Source: Bacteroidota bacterium
GTDB taxonomy: Bacteria > Bacteroidota > Bacteroidia > Palsa-965
Direction of reading: 5' to 3'
DNA length: 64,000 nt
Assembly: GCA_013298545.1 (NCBI GenBank)
Contig: JAAFIA010000010.1
Location: forward strand, 5,789 to 69,788
The notes beneath the pieces are model-generated. The model was not told where the DNA came from. It ran no database searches and was given only the letters and a program-made list of their open reading frames with translations. Each line of letters starts with the position of its first letter. Position 1 is the first letter of the stretch. Of this stretch, positions 45,225-55,954 are shown piece after piece. Both the position numbers and the translations under genes were made by a program.

Positions 45225-46304
45225 ATGCGAACCCTCTTTTTTTTACTCCTTTTAACGAGCAACCTCCGCGCACAGACATTGAAAGATGCTGCAAGCACAA
45301 ACATAAAAACAATAGCACATTACCGCAGTCAAGTTTCTTCCGAAACCAATGAACTGGAAAAAACGCTAATCGAATCCGTTGCTTACAACAAGGATGGAAA
45401 GTTAATCGAACGAACACTCCATCTCAAAGGCGTTCGCTGGACAACCTCATTTGATCCATCAGGAAAAATTAAAACACAAGCCACTTGGTATCAAAACGAA
45501 AACCAGATTTGGGAACGCACAGACTCCCTCGTTTGGTTTTACGACGAGTTGAAAAATGGGTACACGCATTATCCCTCAAAAGCAAAGACCGTTTTTTCGT
45601 ACACTAAAAACAAGCAACTGATTTCCAAAGTAACAACGCTCGAAAATGGTAATGAAGACGAACGTTACACCTGCGGTTATGATGCACAAAAACGAATGCT
45701 CTGGGAAGAAACAAGAAAAAATCAAGCTTGGCTCGATTCAAGCATTTGGTCGTACAAAAATGGTTTGGCGTATAAAAAAACAACATGGGCATTGCCCAGC
45801 GACGAATACAGCATCGAAGTCTATAATCAAGAGATGAATTTAATAAGCCTCAAAAACTATAAACGCAAGAACGAAGACCCAACAAGTTTTGTAGCACAAG
45901 CAGATAGTTTGATTTATAAGTACGATAAGCAAAATAAATGCATCAAAGCAACCCTGTATGTCGATTTGACCAAACAAGCCTCAGCGTATGTTTTTGATGC
46001 CATCATGCCTTTTGAGCGATCAACACGTTTTGCGTATGATGAAAAAGGAAATGTTATTTTAATGCAAGATAGTGCTGTCAATAGTATTGTTCCCGATTGG
46101 CATTGGACCATCATGGAAACAAAATACAGATACGACAACAACGGAAATGTGATCGAAGAAATGATGACAGATACGCCAAGTCAATTGAATTTTAGGGACG
46201 CATACACGTATAATGACCAAGGCGATTTAATCGAACACAATACATATACCGATATGGGAGAATTGCTTGTGAAAAATGAATACAGCTATGTATATCACGA
46301 GTGA
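45225..46304 (+). CDS. Secreted protein with YD/RHS-like beta-hairpin repeats
   Basis: Signal peptide; YNKDGKLI, YDEKGNVI, YRYDNNGNVI, YTYNDQGDLI. Confidence 0.7.
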   Translation: MRTLFFLLLLTSNLRAQTLKDAASTNIKTIAHYRSQVSSETNELEKTLIESVAYNKDGKLIERTLHLKGVRWTTSFDPSGKIKTQATWYQNENQIWERTDSLVWFYDELKNGYTHYPSKAKTVFSYTKNKQLISKVTTLENGNEDERYTCGYDAQKRMLWEETRKNQAWLDSSIWSYKNGLAYKKTTWALPSDEYSIEVYNQEMNLISLKNYKRKNEDPTSFVAQADSLIYKYDKQNKCIKATLYVDLTKQASAYVFDAIMPFERSTRFAYDEKGNVILMQDSAVNSIVPDWHWTIMETKYRYDNNGNVIEEMMTDTPSQLNFRDAYTYNDQGDLIEHNTYTDMGELLVKNEYSYVYHE

Positions 46305-46504
46305 TTTTTATAATCTCTGAGGCGCAATTTTCTCCGACTTTTTCTTCTCTTCGTCCTTTTTTTTGATGCGCGCTTTTAGCGTTGTGCCATTTTTAATATT
46401 CTGATTCATTTGGAATCGTCTAAAACATACATTTAAGTATATGTAGGCTTCGTAATCAAAGGATAAAACTTAAGCAGGCTCTTACTTGGTTTTCAACTAC
46501 AAAC

Positions 46505-47272
46505 TCACACGTTACTTCTTTTTTTAATGCGCTGATTCATTTGAATATAAAGGCCAGCACCCACCACAATATTGGAATAATCAACGTTTGAATTATTGAC
46601 TAATGCTTGCTGTAGCCCAACTTGAGCCATTGCTTTTATATGTTTGTAACCAACACGTATGAAACACATAGGCTCGTATAAAAAATCATTCGTAAAACCT
46701 TTGTACTCCAACATCGAAATACGAAACGCAACACCATAGTCAACATGACGCGAATTTCGGCCAATGGCGGGTTGAAGGAAATACCGATTACTAAGCCCAA
46801 TGCGCCTGATCCTTTCCTCGATCGTTTTTTGATAATCTGTATATTGTATATAATTTATCCTACTCCATGTGCTTTTTTGCGAAGCAAATCCAATACCTCC
46901 ATAGACTTCAAAACAAAACCGCTCATCTATGACTGTCGAATAACCACTAGCAAGCTCTAAATCACGAAAAGCAGTTCCACTTTCGATCAGTTGATAATGG
47001 ACTCCATTGTTGCTGAGTAGAATGGTCGAATCAATGTTGAACTTGCCCCTGTAAGATCCTGTTAAGGATACAGCCCAATGATCGGTTAGCGCGTATGCAG
47101 CATGCCCTTCAATGCCAGCATCAGAAAAATTGAATGAAATTTCAAAATCATGTTTGTGTTCAAAGAAAGCAACTTTCTGAGTTGTTCTTAGCCATGGACG
47201 ATTTTGTGCCATTGCCCAACTAGGTATAAAAAGAGCTAGAATAAGCCCAAGTTTAAGATATAGTTTACGCAT
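46505..47272 (-). CDS. Putative outer-membrane beta-barrel protein
   Basis: Signal peptide; amphipathic strands (AAYALTDHWAV, FEVYGGIGF, YFLQPAIG, EPMCFIRVGY). Confidence 0.65.
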   Translation of the reverse strand: MRKLYLKLGLILALFIPSWAMAQNRPWLRTTQKVAFFEHKHDFEISFNFSDAGIEGHAAYALTDHWAVSLTGSYRGKFNIDSTILLSNNGVHYQLIESGTAFRDLELASGYSTVIDERFCFEVYGGIGFASQKSTWSRINYIQYTDYQKTIEERIRRIGLSNRYFLQPAIGRNSRHVDYGVAFRISMLEYKGFTNDFLYEPMCFIRVGYKHIKAMAQVGLQQALVNNSNVDYSNIVVGAGLYIQMNQRIKKRSNV

Positions 47273-47368
47273 CTGCTAGTGTATTAGTACTCAGCAATAA
47301 AACAGTTTAGCAAAACAATTGTTTACACATTGCAAAAACAAGTCTGTATCTTTGCATCCTATTTGCAA

Positions 47369-48130
47369 ATGACACTTACGCGGTATTTTCTTCGTCTTTC
47401 ATACAACGGAAGCAGTTTTTGCGGCTGGCAATTTCAGCCCGGTGTAGAAACCGTGCAAGAAACCCTCAATACAAAAATTGGTATGCTCCTGCGCGAGAAA
47501 ATCGAAGTGGTTGGATGTGGCCGCACCGATTCGGGCGTTCATGCCAGTAAATATTACGCACACTTCGACAGCGAGCACACCGATCTCGATACCAACGAAA
47601 AAGTCATGTTTCGGCTCAATAAAATTTTACCCAAAGCCATCGCCATTCAGGAAATCAAAAAAATGCCCGACAATGCCCACGCGCGCTTCGCTGCCACCGC
47701 ACGGAGTTACGAATACCACATCACCCGCGTGAAAAATTCGTTTGGACCCGATTTAGCTTGGGAACTCCACGAGCCACTTCACGTTGATGAAATGAACAAA
47801 GCCGCGCAAGCCTTGTTGCAATACCAAGATTTTGCCTCGTTTTGTAAAGCCGGCGGAAATAGCAAAACAACCATTTGCCATTTAAAAGAAGCCTACTGGA
47901 AAGAAGAAGGCCACAAACTTGTTTTTCACATCACCGCCAACCGCTTTTTGCGCAATATGGTTCGCGCCATTGTCGGAACATTGGTCGATGTGGGCCGCGG
48001 AAAATTAACTGTCGAGCAAGTTCACGAAATTGTACAATCCCAAAAACGGTCGCAGGCCGGAATGTCTGTACCGCCACAAGGGTTATTTCTCACCGATATT
48101 CAATACCCATCCCATTTGGGACTTTCATAA
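47369..48130 (+). CDS. truA: tRNA pseudouridine(38-40) synthase
   Basis: YNGSSFCGWQ, GCGRTDSGVHA, HARFAA..RSY, FLRNMVRAIVG; TATCTTTG box at 47347. Confidence 0.96.
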   Translation: MTLTRYFLRLSYNGSSFCGWQFQPGVETVQETLNTKIGMLLREKIEVVGCGRTDSGVHASKYYAHFDSEHTDLDTNEKVMFRLNKILPKAIAIQEIKKMPDNAHARFAATARSYEYHITRVKNSFGPDLAWELHEPLHVDEMNKAAQALLQYQDFASFCKAGGNSKTTICHLKEAYWKEEGHKLVFHITANRFLRNMVRAIVGTLVDVGRGKLTVEQVHEIVQSQKRSQAGMSVPPQGLFLTDIQYPSHLGLS

Positions 48131-49918
48131 ATGAGTGAAGTAAGCGGAAAATCTTTTGACTGGAAATTACTGAAACGCATCTTTCAGTACGTTAAACCGT
48201 ATTCCGGTTTATTTGCCACAGCCATATTTTTAACCATCACCCTTTCGGTTTTATCCGTGGTTCGTCCACTCCTCATTCGTTATACCATCGATGAATTTAT
48301 TCATCCCGCGCAAACACAAACGCAAGCCGATTTAGCACATGGTTTACTGCTCACGTTTACTGTGATTATGTTTGCTACACTTTTGCTAGAAGCATTTTTA
48401 CAGTTTAGCAATACAACCACAACAGGCAAGCTCGGCCAACGCATTGTCAAAGATTTGCGCGTACAACTGCACCGTAAAATTATTGGCTTTCGCTCCCGTT
48501 ATTTCGATCAAACACCCATTGGTACACTCGTTACACGCGTTATCGCTGATATCGAAGCCATCAACGATGTGTTTTCGCAAGGATTTATTGTCATTGCGGG
48601 CGATCTGCTGACCATTGTTGTTTTACTCATTGCCATGCTCGCCGTGAGTTGGAAAATTACACTGGTTGTATTGACCACCATTCCCATTATGTTTTTGGCA
48701 ACATGGTGGTTTAAAAATTCCGTCAAGCAATCGTTTACCGATGTGCGCAATCAAGTATCGCGGCTCAATACGTTTGTGCAAGAACACATCACCGGCATGA
48801 AAATCGTTCAGGTATTCAACCGCGAAAAGGTGGAGATGGATCGTTTTCAAGAAATCAATGCCAAACACCGCGATGCCAATGTACGTTCGGTTTGGTACTA
48901 TTCTGTTTTCTTTCCCGTTGTCGAAATTTTAATTTCCGTTTCGCTCGGCTTACTCGTGTGGTATGCCGGAAAACAAATTTTTGAAAACTTTGCCAATCCA
49001 GGCGATGTTACATTTTTCGTACTGCTCATCAATCAATTTTTTCGCCCTATCCGTATGCTGGCCGATCGCATCAATACCTTACAAATGGGCATGGTTGCTG
49101 GCGAACGGATGTTTAAAGTACTCGATACCGAAGAACAAATTGCCAACAACGGAACACGCGATGCCGCACATTTGCGCGGCGATCTCTCCTTCAAAAATGT
49201 TTGGTTTGCTTACAACAACGAAGATTGGGTGCTGCGCAACATTTCGTTTGATGTGAAAGCGGGTGAAACGGTTGCACTTGTTGGCGCCACAGGCTCTGGG
49301 AAATCATCAACCATCAATTTGCTCGGACGTTTCTACGATTTCAATAAAGGCGAAATTCAAATCGATCAACACGATATTCGCTCGTATGAATTGTCTTCGC
49401 TACGCAGCAATATCGGTGTGGTGTTGCAAGATGTGTTTTTGTTTTCCGATACGATTTACAACAACATTACATTAGGCAACACAAGCATTTCGCGCGAGCA
49501 CGTGATCGAAGCGGCAAAAGCAGTAGGCGCACACGATTTCATTTCCAAACTTCCCGGAACGTATGATTACGATGTAAAAGAACGTGGCGGCATGCTTTCT
49601 GTGGGCCAACGTCAACTCATCGCCTTCATTCGCGCGTATGTCTATAACCCACGCATTTTAATTTTAGACGAAGCCACATCTTCCATTGATACGGAATCGG
49701 AACAACTCATTCAACAAGCAACCGAAGTGCTTACACGTGGGCGCACATCTGTGATTATCGCGCACCGCCTCGCTACGATTCGTCACGCCAGTCGCATTTT
49801 AGTCGTCGATCACGGCGAAATTATTGAATCAGGATCGCACGACGAATTGTTGCAATTGAATGGCCAATACCGCAAATTGTTTGAATTGCAGTTTAAGGAA
49901 GAAGAACGGTTGGGGTGA
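48131..49918 (+). CDS. ABC transporter fused permease/ATP-binding protein (MsbA/MdlB-like)
   Basis: 6-TM domain, GATGSGKS, LSVGQRQ, ILILDEATS, IAHRL. Confidence 0.95.
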   Translation: MSEVSGKSFDWKLLKRIFQYVKPYSGLFATAIFLTITLSVLSVVRPLLIRYTIDEFIHPAQTQTQADLAHGLLLTFTVIMFATLLLEAFLQFSNTTTTGKLGQRIVKDLRVQLHRKIIGFRSRYFDQTPIGTLVTRVIADIEAINDVFSQGFIVIAGDLLTIVVLLIAMLAVSWKITLVVLTTIPIMFLATWWFKNSVKQSFTDVRNQVSRLNTFVQEHITGMKIVQVFNREKVEMDRFQEINAKHRDANVRSVWYYSVFFPVVEILISVSLGLLVWYAGKQIFENFANPGDVTFFVLLINQFFRPIRMLADRINTLQMGMVAGERMFKVLDTEEQIANNGTRDAAHLRGDLSFKNVWFAYNNEDWVLRNISFDVKAGETVALVGATGSGKSSTINLLGRFYDFNKGEIQIDQHDIRSYELSSLRSNIGVVLQDVFLFSDTIYNNITLGNTSISREHVIEAAKAVGAHDFISKLPGTYDYDVKERGGMLSVGQRQLIAFIRAYVYNPRILILDEATSSIDTESEQLIQQATEVLTRGRTSVIIAHRLATIRHASRILVVDHGEIIESGSHDELLQLNGQYRKLFELQFKEEERLG

Positions 49919-49923
49919 TTGGG

Positions 49924-50886
49924 TTAATTGCCTGAAGCCTCGTCAATCGGTTGTTCTTGTTTTGTTGATTTTCCTTTTTCGGCAAGCAGTATAAATGTTC
50001 CTATGAGCAAGATTAAAAATAGGAGAGGAAGGATAATTAGTGTAAACATAGGATGCTTTTTGGCTATACCAACATAATAAGTCTTGAACTCAGCACGCAA
50101 TTGTAAATTTTTAAAGTGATTTTCTCTTTTGAAAAAAATCGAGGAGGAGTAACCATATTCTTTTGCTTTTTCAAAAATCTGCATGCCACTTTTCGCATCC
50201 TTAGTAATTGCTCGGGCATTGCCTAAGTCGAATAGCAATTGAGCAATAATCGGGTCTTTGGGTTTAATGAAACTCATTCGTTCGTTCAGTTGAAAATGGA
50301 GTTGTACATCAAGTACATTTATATCAATATTGTTTTTATATATCGGTTCTTCACCATCACCGAAATCTAGGCCCAAAATATTTGATTTCCATAAGTAGGA
50401 TTCGTCGCCATTGGCTTTGACCTTAGCCTCCAGTATTTTTAAATGGATCCATTCAGAGCCGGCGTGCGAAGTAGGATCAATTTCAATACCTCTTTTAATC
50501 CAGAAATAGGCAGAATCATTCTTTCCTAGCAATTCGTATGTTGTTCCTAGATTCGATGCGGTTGCATATAATCCCGGAGATTTTGATTCTATATCAATAA
50601 ACACCGCTTTTGCATTTTCGTATTGACCAACGTAGAGCAACGCAACACCAAAATCATTATAGTTTTCCATGGAGTTACTATCACGATACAAGCTGTCTGC
50701 AATGCGTAGTTTTTTATATAAATAGTTTTTGCTGAACGCGTCTAATTTTCCGCGAGGCGTAGCATCATAAGCTTCGGTGAATTCAATTTTCCCATTTAGT
50801 TTTGCTCTGTATTCATTGATGCAGCAATGACTTTTCTGAACAAATGATAGACAGAAGAATATGAAAAGCGTGATTGTATTTTTCAT
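49924..50886 (-). CDS. Exported TPR-containing protein with C-terminal TM anchor
   Basis: Signal; NDFGVALLYVGQY, SNLGTTYELLG TPRs; C-terminal hydrophobic helix. Confidence 0.7.
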   Translation of the reverse strand: MKNTITLFIFFCLSFVQKSHCCINEYRAKLNGKIEFTEAYDATPRGKLDAFSKNYLYKKLRIADSLYRDSNSMENYNDFGVALLYVGQYENAKAVFIDIESKSPGLYATASNLGTTYELLGKNDSAYFWIKRGIEIDPTSHAGSEWIHLKILEAKVKANGDESYLWKSNILGLDFGDGEEPIYKNNIDINVLDVQLHFQLNERMSFIKPKDPIIAQLLFDLGNARAITKDAKSGMQIFEKAKEYGYSSSIFFKRENHFKNLQLRAEFKTYYVGIAKKHPMFTLIILPLLFLILLIGTFILLAEKGKSTKQEQPIDEASGN

Positions 50887-50900
50887 GTTTCATAATGTCA

Positions 50901-51662
50901 TTAATCGTATTGAAATATAGATGCTTTGTTTTGGAGAATGTAATTAAGGCTGTTTTCAAAATCTTTCTTGATAGTTTTATTCAAATATCCAGACCAAGTT
51001 GGAGCTTCTTCATTTCTCATAAATGCTAAAATTGCCATACTGTAGGCCCAATCTTCTTGTTTTAAATAGCCCTGATTTTTATAAGACCAACGATCGGTAG
51101 TTTTATTAAATTGAAATGCAGCGTTTGCATTAAACACCCCGAAGCCAAAGAAAACAGTTGTTAGATCAGTTAAATGCTCATCGTTAAAATCAAGCTCTTT
51201 GTGTCCAAGTAATTTAACATGCGCAAGTTCATGCGCGAGTACACCAATTGTATCCTGAGGTTTGTCGAGAAGACCTCTGCTGATCGAAATTTCGTATTTC
51301 CCATGCTCATTTTTGTGGTGGTATAAACCTGCTGGAGTAATTTGTTGCGGGTCGTTTTCAATAAAAATTACAGAAGTACCCATGTTGATCTCCCTCAGAT
51401 TATCATCGAAAAAATGCAGTTCGACTTCATCTCTGTCTATTTGCATTGCATCTGCCACAATATGCATTGCCGCTATCGCCGACTCCTCGGAAACCGTCCA
51501 CTTAATTGGAATGTCAATTTTTGTAGGTGTAAATATTTTTCGTTCAGCTAATGTCGGCTCAGGAAACTGTTCTGCTAACCATTGCATATTTTGTTCAAAA
51601 TACTGCCGAGCACTTTTGTTTAATGGCTCTTTGATATTGCCAGATTTGAATAAATTAAACAT
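50901..51662 (-). CDS. Zincin-like (HExxH) metallopeptidase-domain protein
   Basis: PAGLY...IEIS-like strand, VLAHELAHVKL, NDEHLTDL; probable start MFNLFK. Confidence 0.7.
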   Translation of the reverse strand: MFNLFKSGNIKEPLNKSARQYFEQNMQWLAEQFPEPTLAERKIFTPTKIDIPIKWTVSEESAIAAMHIVADAMQIDRDEVELHFFDDNLREINMGTSVIFIENDPQQITPAGLYHHKNEHGKYEISISRGLLDKPQDTIGVLAHELAHVKLLGHKELDFNDEHLTDLTTVFFGFGVFNANAAFQFNKTTDRWSYKNQGYLKQEDWAYSMAILAFMRNEEAPTWSGYLNKTIKKDFENSLNYILQNKASIFQYD

Positions 51663-51718
51663 GAGAAAAAGGGTTGGAGTTAATGCATTTATCAACTGCA
51701 AAATACAAATTTTACAGG

Positions 51719-52351
51719 TTACCCCTTCCTCCCCATCAAAATCAAATCCACAACCTCCGCGCCATCGCCGCCCACGGTAACAATGCGTTTGACTTCAATA
51801 TCAATAAGTCCAGCCAATCGCATCGCTTCAACTAAATACTTTTCTTCGTGGAAGTGCATGTAAATTTCATCGCCCGTACTGCCTTTTTTCCATCCCGATT
51901 TGCTGTACGCATCTTCCATTGTACTGATGTAAATTACGCCAGTTGCATGTACACGCAACGCCGCATCTGCAATCAATTTTATGGCTTCTTCTTTGGATAA
52001 ATAAGGCAAACAAAAACCGCACATCACCGCATCAAATACTTGTGGCAACCGATCAATTGCACGGCAATCCATAACCTGAAAATTTGCAGTTGGATTATTT
52101 TCTTGCGCCAAAGCAATCATGTTTGGCGCTAAATCAATTCCTAAGATTTTGAAGTCTGGGCGTTGTTGTAAAAGATACTTTGTAATGTTGCCCGGCCCGC
52201 AAGCCAATTCCAGAATAGACGCATTGGGCCTATTGACCCACGCGCAAAACAAATCAAATGAATCGTGATACAACGAAACATCCATAAATTTTTGCGCATA
52301 CAGATCCGCCAATTTATCAAAAATCGCTGCTGCTTGTTCCGATTTGTCCAT
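51719..52351 (-). CDS. Class I SAM-dependent methyltransferase
   Basis: ILELACGPGN, GIDLAPNMI, FDAVMCGF. Confidence 0.92.
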   Translation of the reverse strand: MDKSEQAAAIFDKLADLYAQKFMDVSLYHDSFDLFCAWVNRPNASILELACGPGNITKYLLQQRPDFKILGIDLAPNMIALAQENNPTANFQVMDCRAIDRLPQVFDAVMCGFCLPYLSKEEAIKLIADAALRVHATGVIYISTMEDAYSKSGWKKGSTGDEIYMHFHEEKYLVEAMRLAGLIDIEVKRIVTVGGDGAEVVDLILMGRKG

Positions 52352-52354
52352 GTT

Positions 52355-53497
52355 TTATGATTGAAGAATCCGAATCAAATCATCATTGATATAATAAACA
52401 TCTCGGCCATCCGCACGATAGGATAAAACACCAATCTTAACCAGTTGTTGCATGTATTTTGTCAATGTTGTTCGACTACTTACTCGGCAAACTTTTCCAA
52501 CCAGTTGTGGTCTTACATACGGCTGAGAAAACAATGTCTGATTCAATTCGAGTGAGTACCATTTCAATTTTTTCGACGCATGTTTGTGTGTAGCTTCCAT
52601 CTGTGAAAGCATCTCATCGATTTTTTGATTCGTAATTTTCGATGTACTTTCAACCGCATTCAACATATACATAATCCAAGGCTTCCACGCTTTTCGTTGA
52701 GTAACACCTGCTAAATGATTGTAGTAGTCGTCTTTATTTTTAATGATGTAATTGCTCAAATACAAAACAGGATGTGAGAGTAAATTTTGTTCAACTAAGT
52801 AAAGTTGATTTAAAATTCTTCCTGTACGACCATTGCCATCTGTAAATGGATGAATAGCCTCAAATTGATAATGCCCAATTGCCATTTTGAGCAAAGGATC
52901 AAAATCGTTTTTAGCAGCTAAAAACGTGAACAAATTCGTCAGTTTTTTTTCAATCAAGGCGATGCCACGCGGTGGAGTATAAATAATTTCTCCAGCCTTA
53001 AATTCGCTCTGTCCACGCTTGATAACTACTTGCGATTGTGGTGGCCGTATCCCTTGTCGTGTATTTTTTATCTGCTGAAACATTTTGATCGCTACCGAAG
53101 TGTCTAGCTTCTTCTGCTTTAATAACGTCGAATACCCTTTCCATAGCGCTTCTCTGTATTTTAGTACCTCTTTCGTTGCCGGACTAGCATATTCTTCCTT
53201 TATCGTATCTGAAACCGCCTTGTATAAATCATCTTCCGTTGTAAATATATTTTCAATCGCAGTCGAATTTTGTGCCTCTTGAAGTGAAATGGTATTGATT
53301 AGCATAGATGGATTGGGGATGCGCAAAATGTTTTTATTCAGCTCTGCCAATGCTCTAGAAGCATAGCCCCATTTCAGTAAAATTTCTTTATCAATGATGT
53401 CAATTGAAGGTGGTAAGTCAGGAAGCCCATTGAAAGGTATATTACGATCAAATTTTACAATTTTCGTGGTGTTCATGTTTTTGGATATTCTGGACAT
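52355..53497 (-). CDS. Fic family protein (class II, N-terminal inhibitory helix)
   Basis: HPFTDGNGRTGR catalytic motif; STAIEN inhibitory (S/T)xxxE(G/N) motif; C-terminal wHTH-like region. Confidence 0.95.
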   Translation of the reverse strand: MSRISKNMNTTKIVKFDRNIPFNGLPDLPPSIDIIDKEILLKWGYASRALAELNKNILRIPNPSMLINTISLQEAQNSTAIENIFTTEDDLYKAVSDTIKEEYASPATKEVLKYREALWKGYSTLLKQKKLDTSVAIKMFQQIKNTRQGIRPPQSQVVIKRGQSEFKAGEIIYTPPRGIALIEKKLTNLFTFLAAKNDFDPLLKMAIGHYQFEAIHPFTDGNGRTGRILNQLYLVEQNLLSHPVLYLSNYIIKNKDDYYNHLAGVTQRKAWKPWIMYMLNAVESTSKITNQKIDEMLSQMEATHKHASKKLKWYSLELNQTLFSQPYVRPQLVGKVCRVSSRTTLTKYMQQLVKIGVLSYRADGRDVYYINDDLIRILQS

Positions 53498-53737
53498 ATA
53501 GCAAATATAAGGTCAGATTTAGGAATAAACAAACAATATGTCCATATCCAATCTAAAATCTGGACATATTCGCAAAACCTGTCCACTTCATGAACATAAA
53601 ATATCTATATGTTCATTTCTGGAAAAAATATGAACATATTACTAAAGTGTGTCCACTTGTTGAACAGGAATTATCAATCTGTTCATTTTTTTGAAAAATA
53701 TGAACAGATAACCAAAATATGTCCACTCACTAGACAG
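53491..53737. repeat. 70-bp-period degenerate repeat carrying TGRACA-N13-TGTYCA palindromes upstream of fic
   Basis: TGRACA at 53491, 53561, 53631, 53701 and at 53591, 53661; partner TGTYCA at 53580, 53610, 53650, 53680, 53720. Confidence 0.8.
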
Positions 53738-53804
53738 TAAATGCCAATACTTTCGCTTGTTATAGGATGTGGACGTGTGGCTGCGCTTAACGATGATGAA
53801 TCTA

Positions 53805-55385
53805 CTACAAATCTAGATCTTCCAATTGTCCTTGCTGAATCAACACATTCAGTTTACCGTAATCGATCTTTGAAAAATGGCGTGGGTCGCGTGGCATTTT
53901 TGCAATGAAATAAACCGCGTTGATGGCGTATGCGTAATGCAATAAAATATTTTCTTGAATCGCTTTTTTGTCGGCATGAGGCGTTGCCTCAATTACGGCA
54001 AATACATTCGTGCGTTCATGTAAAACCGTTCCTGAAACAATCCCTTCTTGTTGTGATAAAGCGTACTCTACTGCAAATGTTACGAGATAACCATCTGGAA
54101 AAGGAATGAGTGTAGAACACCGTCCGCACAAAAACAATTCTCCCGCCGTATTGAAAAATCCCGAATCGCCTGTTCGGTGCCAAACGTTTTCTCCAATAAA
54201 AATTTTTGCCAGTTTTTCGGCTTCAGGATTATCTACATAATGCCTTAACACGTGCGGGCCGCTCACCACAATTTCACCAATTTTTCCAACAGGTAAACAC
54301 GTTTGTTCCAATGCTTCTTCCGAAGCAAAAGAAAGCGGCTCGGTTGTAATGGGAAGAATTTTTACGCGTGTGAGACGATATGGAAAACCCACATTCAACC
54401 CATTGTTCGCGATGTTTTCTTCGCCAGAAAACAAGCCCTTACGTTGTTTGTCAACCAAGTCTGTTGCTGTAATACTACTGATCGGTTCGGCTTCTGTTGA
54501 TCCATAAACGATAATACTTTCGCTATTCGGAAATGCTTTTGCAAACAAACTCGCCTCGCGCGGAAACACAGGCGCGCCACCCGTAAACATCCGTCGGAAG
54601 GACACATCTATATTTTGCGCCAGCACATATTCCGCCAACCGCTGCAACACATAAGGCGATGACGTAAACCGATTGACACCCGCAGCACGAATTTGTTCTA
54701 CCAAACGTTCGGGTTTTAACGATAACGGTTTACGCGAATTGTAATCAGCGATGACTGAAGTAACACCTGTTCCTAAATTGAGCAACAACACAATTGGTAA
54801 AACAGGCATGTCGATATCCGAAGGCTGTGGTTGAATTTTATCGACCAATGCTTCAAATTGTGCTTGCAAGAAACCGTGTGTACGCTTTGCCGCTTTTGGA
54901 ATTCCTGTGCTACCTGTTGTAAATGTAATCAGTGCTAAATCATCCGCTTGCACCGTATCTGGTGTGTGTGTTGAACTAACAGGTTTGCTTTTCGGACCAA
55001 GCCAAACTGGCACACGACGCAATGCAGGCGAAAGTATAAATGCCAACGCACGAATTTTCCAAGACGCAATAAACGCCTTGCATTTGGCCAGTTTGCAACA
55101 AAGCTCTAGTCGCTCACGGCTCACCCATTCATCCAAAAAAACGGATGTTGCACCAAGGTGAAAAATAGCAAGCACAGCAATGTACAAATCCAAACTCATG
55201 GGGACGAAAACCAACACCCGATCGTTTTTCCCGATTCCTTTGGCATGATAATACGCAGCCATTTCTTTTACCGCATTCGCCAATTCGCCAAACGTAAGTT
55301 GCTTTCCATCGCGATCAATAATGGCGATGTGCTCAGGCTTTTTGAGTGCTTGTGCAAAAAATAAATCGGCGATATTGCTGCTCAT
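53805..55385 (-). CDS. Acyl-AMP/acyl-CoA ligase (ANL superfamily, OleC-like)
   Basis: ITFTTGSTGIPK, VYGSTEAEP, WHRTGD, PRDPRHFSKIDY. Confidence 0.9.
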   Translation of the reverse strand: MSSNIADLFFAQALKKPEHIAIIDRDGKQLTFGELANAVKEMAAYYHAKGIGKNDRVLVFVPMSLDLYIAVLAIFHLGATSVFLDEWVSRERLELCCKLAKCKAFIASWKIRALAFILSPALRRVPVWLGPKSKPVSSTHTPDTVQADDLALITFTTGSTGIPKAAKRTHGFLQAQFEALVDKIQPQPSDIDMPVLPIVLLLNLGTGVTSVIADYNSRKPLSLKPERLVEQIRAAGVNRFTSSPYVLQRLAEYVLAQNIDVSFRRMFTGGAPVFPREASLFAKAFPNSESIIVYGSTEAEPISSITATDLVDKQRKGLFSGEENIANNGLNVGFPYRLTRVKILPITTEPLSFASEEALEQTCLPVGKIGEIVVSGPHVLRHYVDNPEAEKLAKIFIGENVWHRTGDSGFFNTAGELFLCGRCSTLIPFPDGYLVTFAVEYALSQQEGIVSGTVLHERTNVFAVIEATPHADKKAIQENILLHYAYAINAVYFIAKMPRDPRHFSKIDYGKLNVLIQQGQLEDLDL

Positions 55386-55954
55386 TGTTCCAAGTTGCGT
55401 TTAACGTTGGCGATGTTTTGTTCAAAAACAGATTTTACTTTCCAAGCACCCAAGTGCATCTTTATCAGTTCCCAAAACGAAGGTTGGTAAGTGTCGTAAA
55501 ATAGTGTAAATGTAAGCCTACAACGTCTTCCGCCATCTAAAGACTCATAAAGTTGTTCCGTAGATAAACCATCCGATGTCATGGGGAAATTTTTCAAATC
55601 GTAAGTAATGAGTTGTCTGCGTTTGTTTGGCTCAACTTCCGTAATGGTTTCGTCCCAACGGATTCCGGTTTCATCTTTTTCTTGAAAGCAACGACGGCGA
55701 GAGCCGGGCAAACCATCGGCAATGCTATCGTTATTTAACGGTATGATGTGATCGACGTAAACAGACCATTTTCCGGCATTGGCCGAATTTCCGAGGTAAG
55801 CAAATACTTTTTCTGGCGAAGCATTGATTTCAACGGTTGCCGCAACGGCTTTGTATGGAAGATTGTCGTGCTTTTTGTACGGACTCAATCCCCAAATTGC
55901 AAAAGGGCAAATCAGTAGTAAAATCAGTAGTGCGCGAAGTAGTTTCTTTTTCAT
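55382..55954 (-). CDS. SRPBCC/START-like protein with N-terminal signal or anchor
   Basis: VEINASPEKVFAYL...WSVYV...GSRRRC...ETITEVEPN. Confidence 0.8.
   Translation of the reverse strand: MKKKLLRALLILLLICPFAIWGLSPYKKHDNLPYKAVAATVEINASPEKVFAYLGNSANAGKWSVYVDHIIPLNNDSIADGLPGSRRRCFQEKDETGIRWDETITEVEPNKRRQLITYDLKNFPMTSDGLSTEQLYESLDGGRRCRLTFTLFYDTYQPSFWELIKMHLGAWKVKSVFEQNIANVKRNLEQ

Noticed and set aside
45225-46304. RHS toxin
   Set aside because: Short protein with YD-like hairpins only; no RHS core motif, toxin tip or immunity gene.
46385-46420. Short sequence resembling the 3' end of the 46505-47272 gene (FQMNQNIK vs IQMNQRIK)
   Set aside because: Only about 25 bp of similarity; it may be a paralogue remnant but is too short to call a pseudogene.
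53491-53737. 70-bp periodic repeat as a CRISPR array
   Set aside because: Only 6-bp boxes are conserved; there is no 25-45-bp identical repeat and no cas gene.
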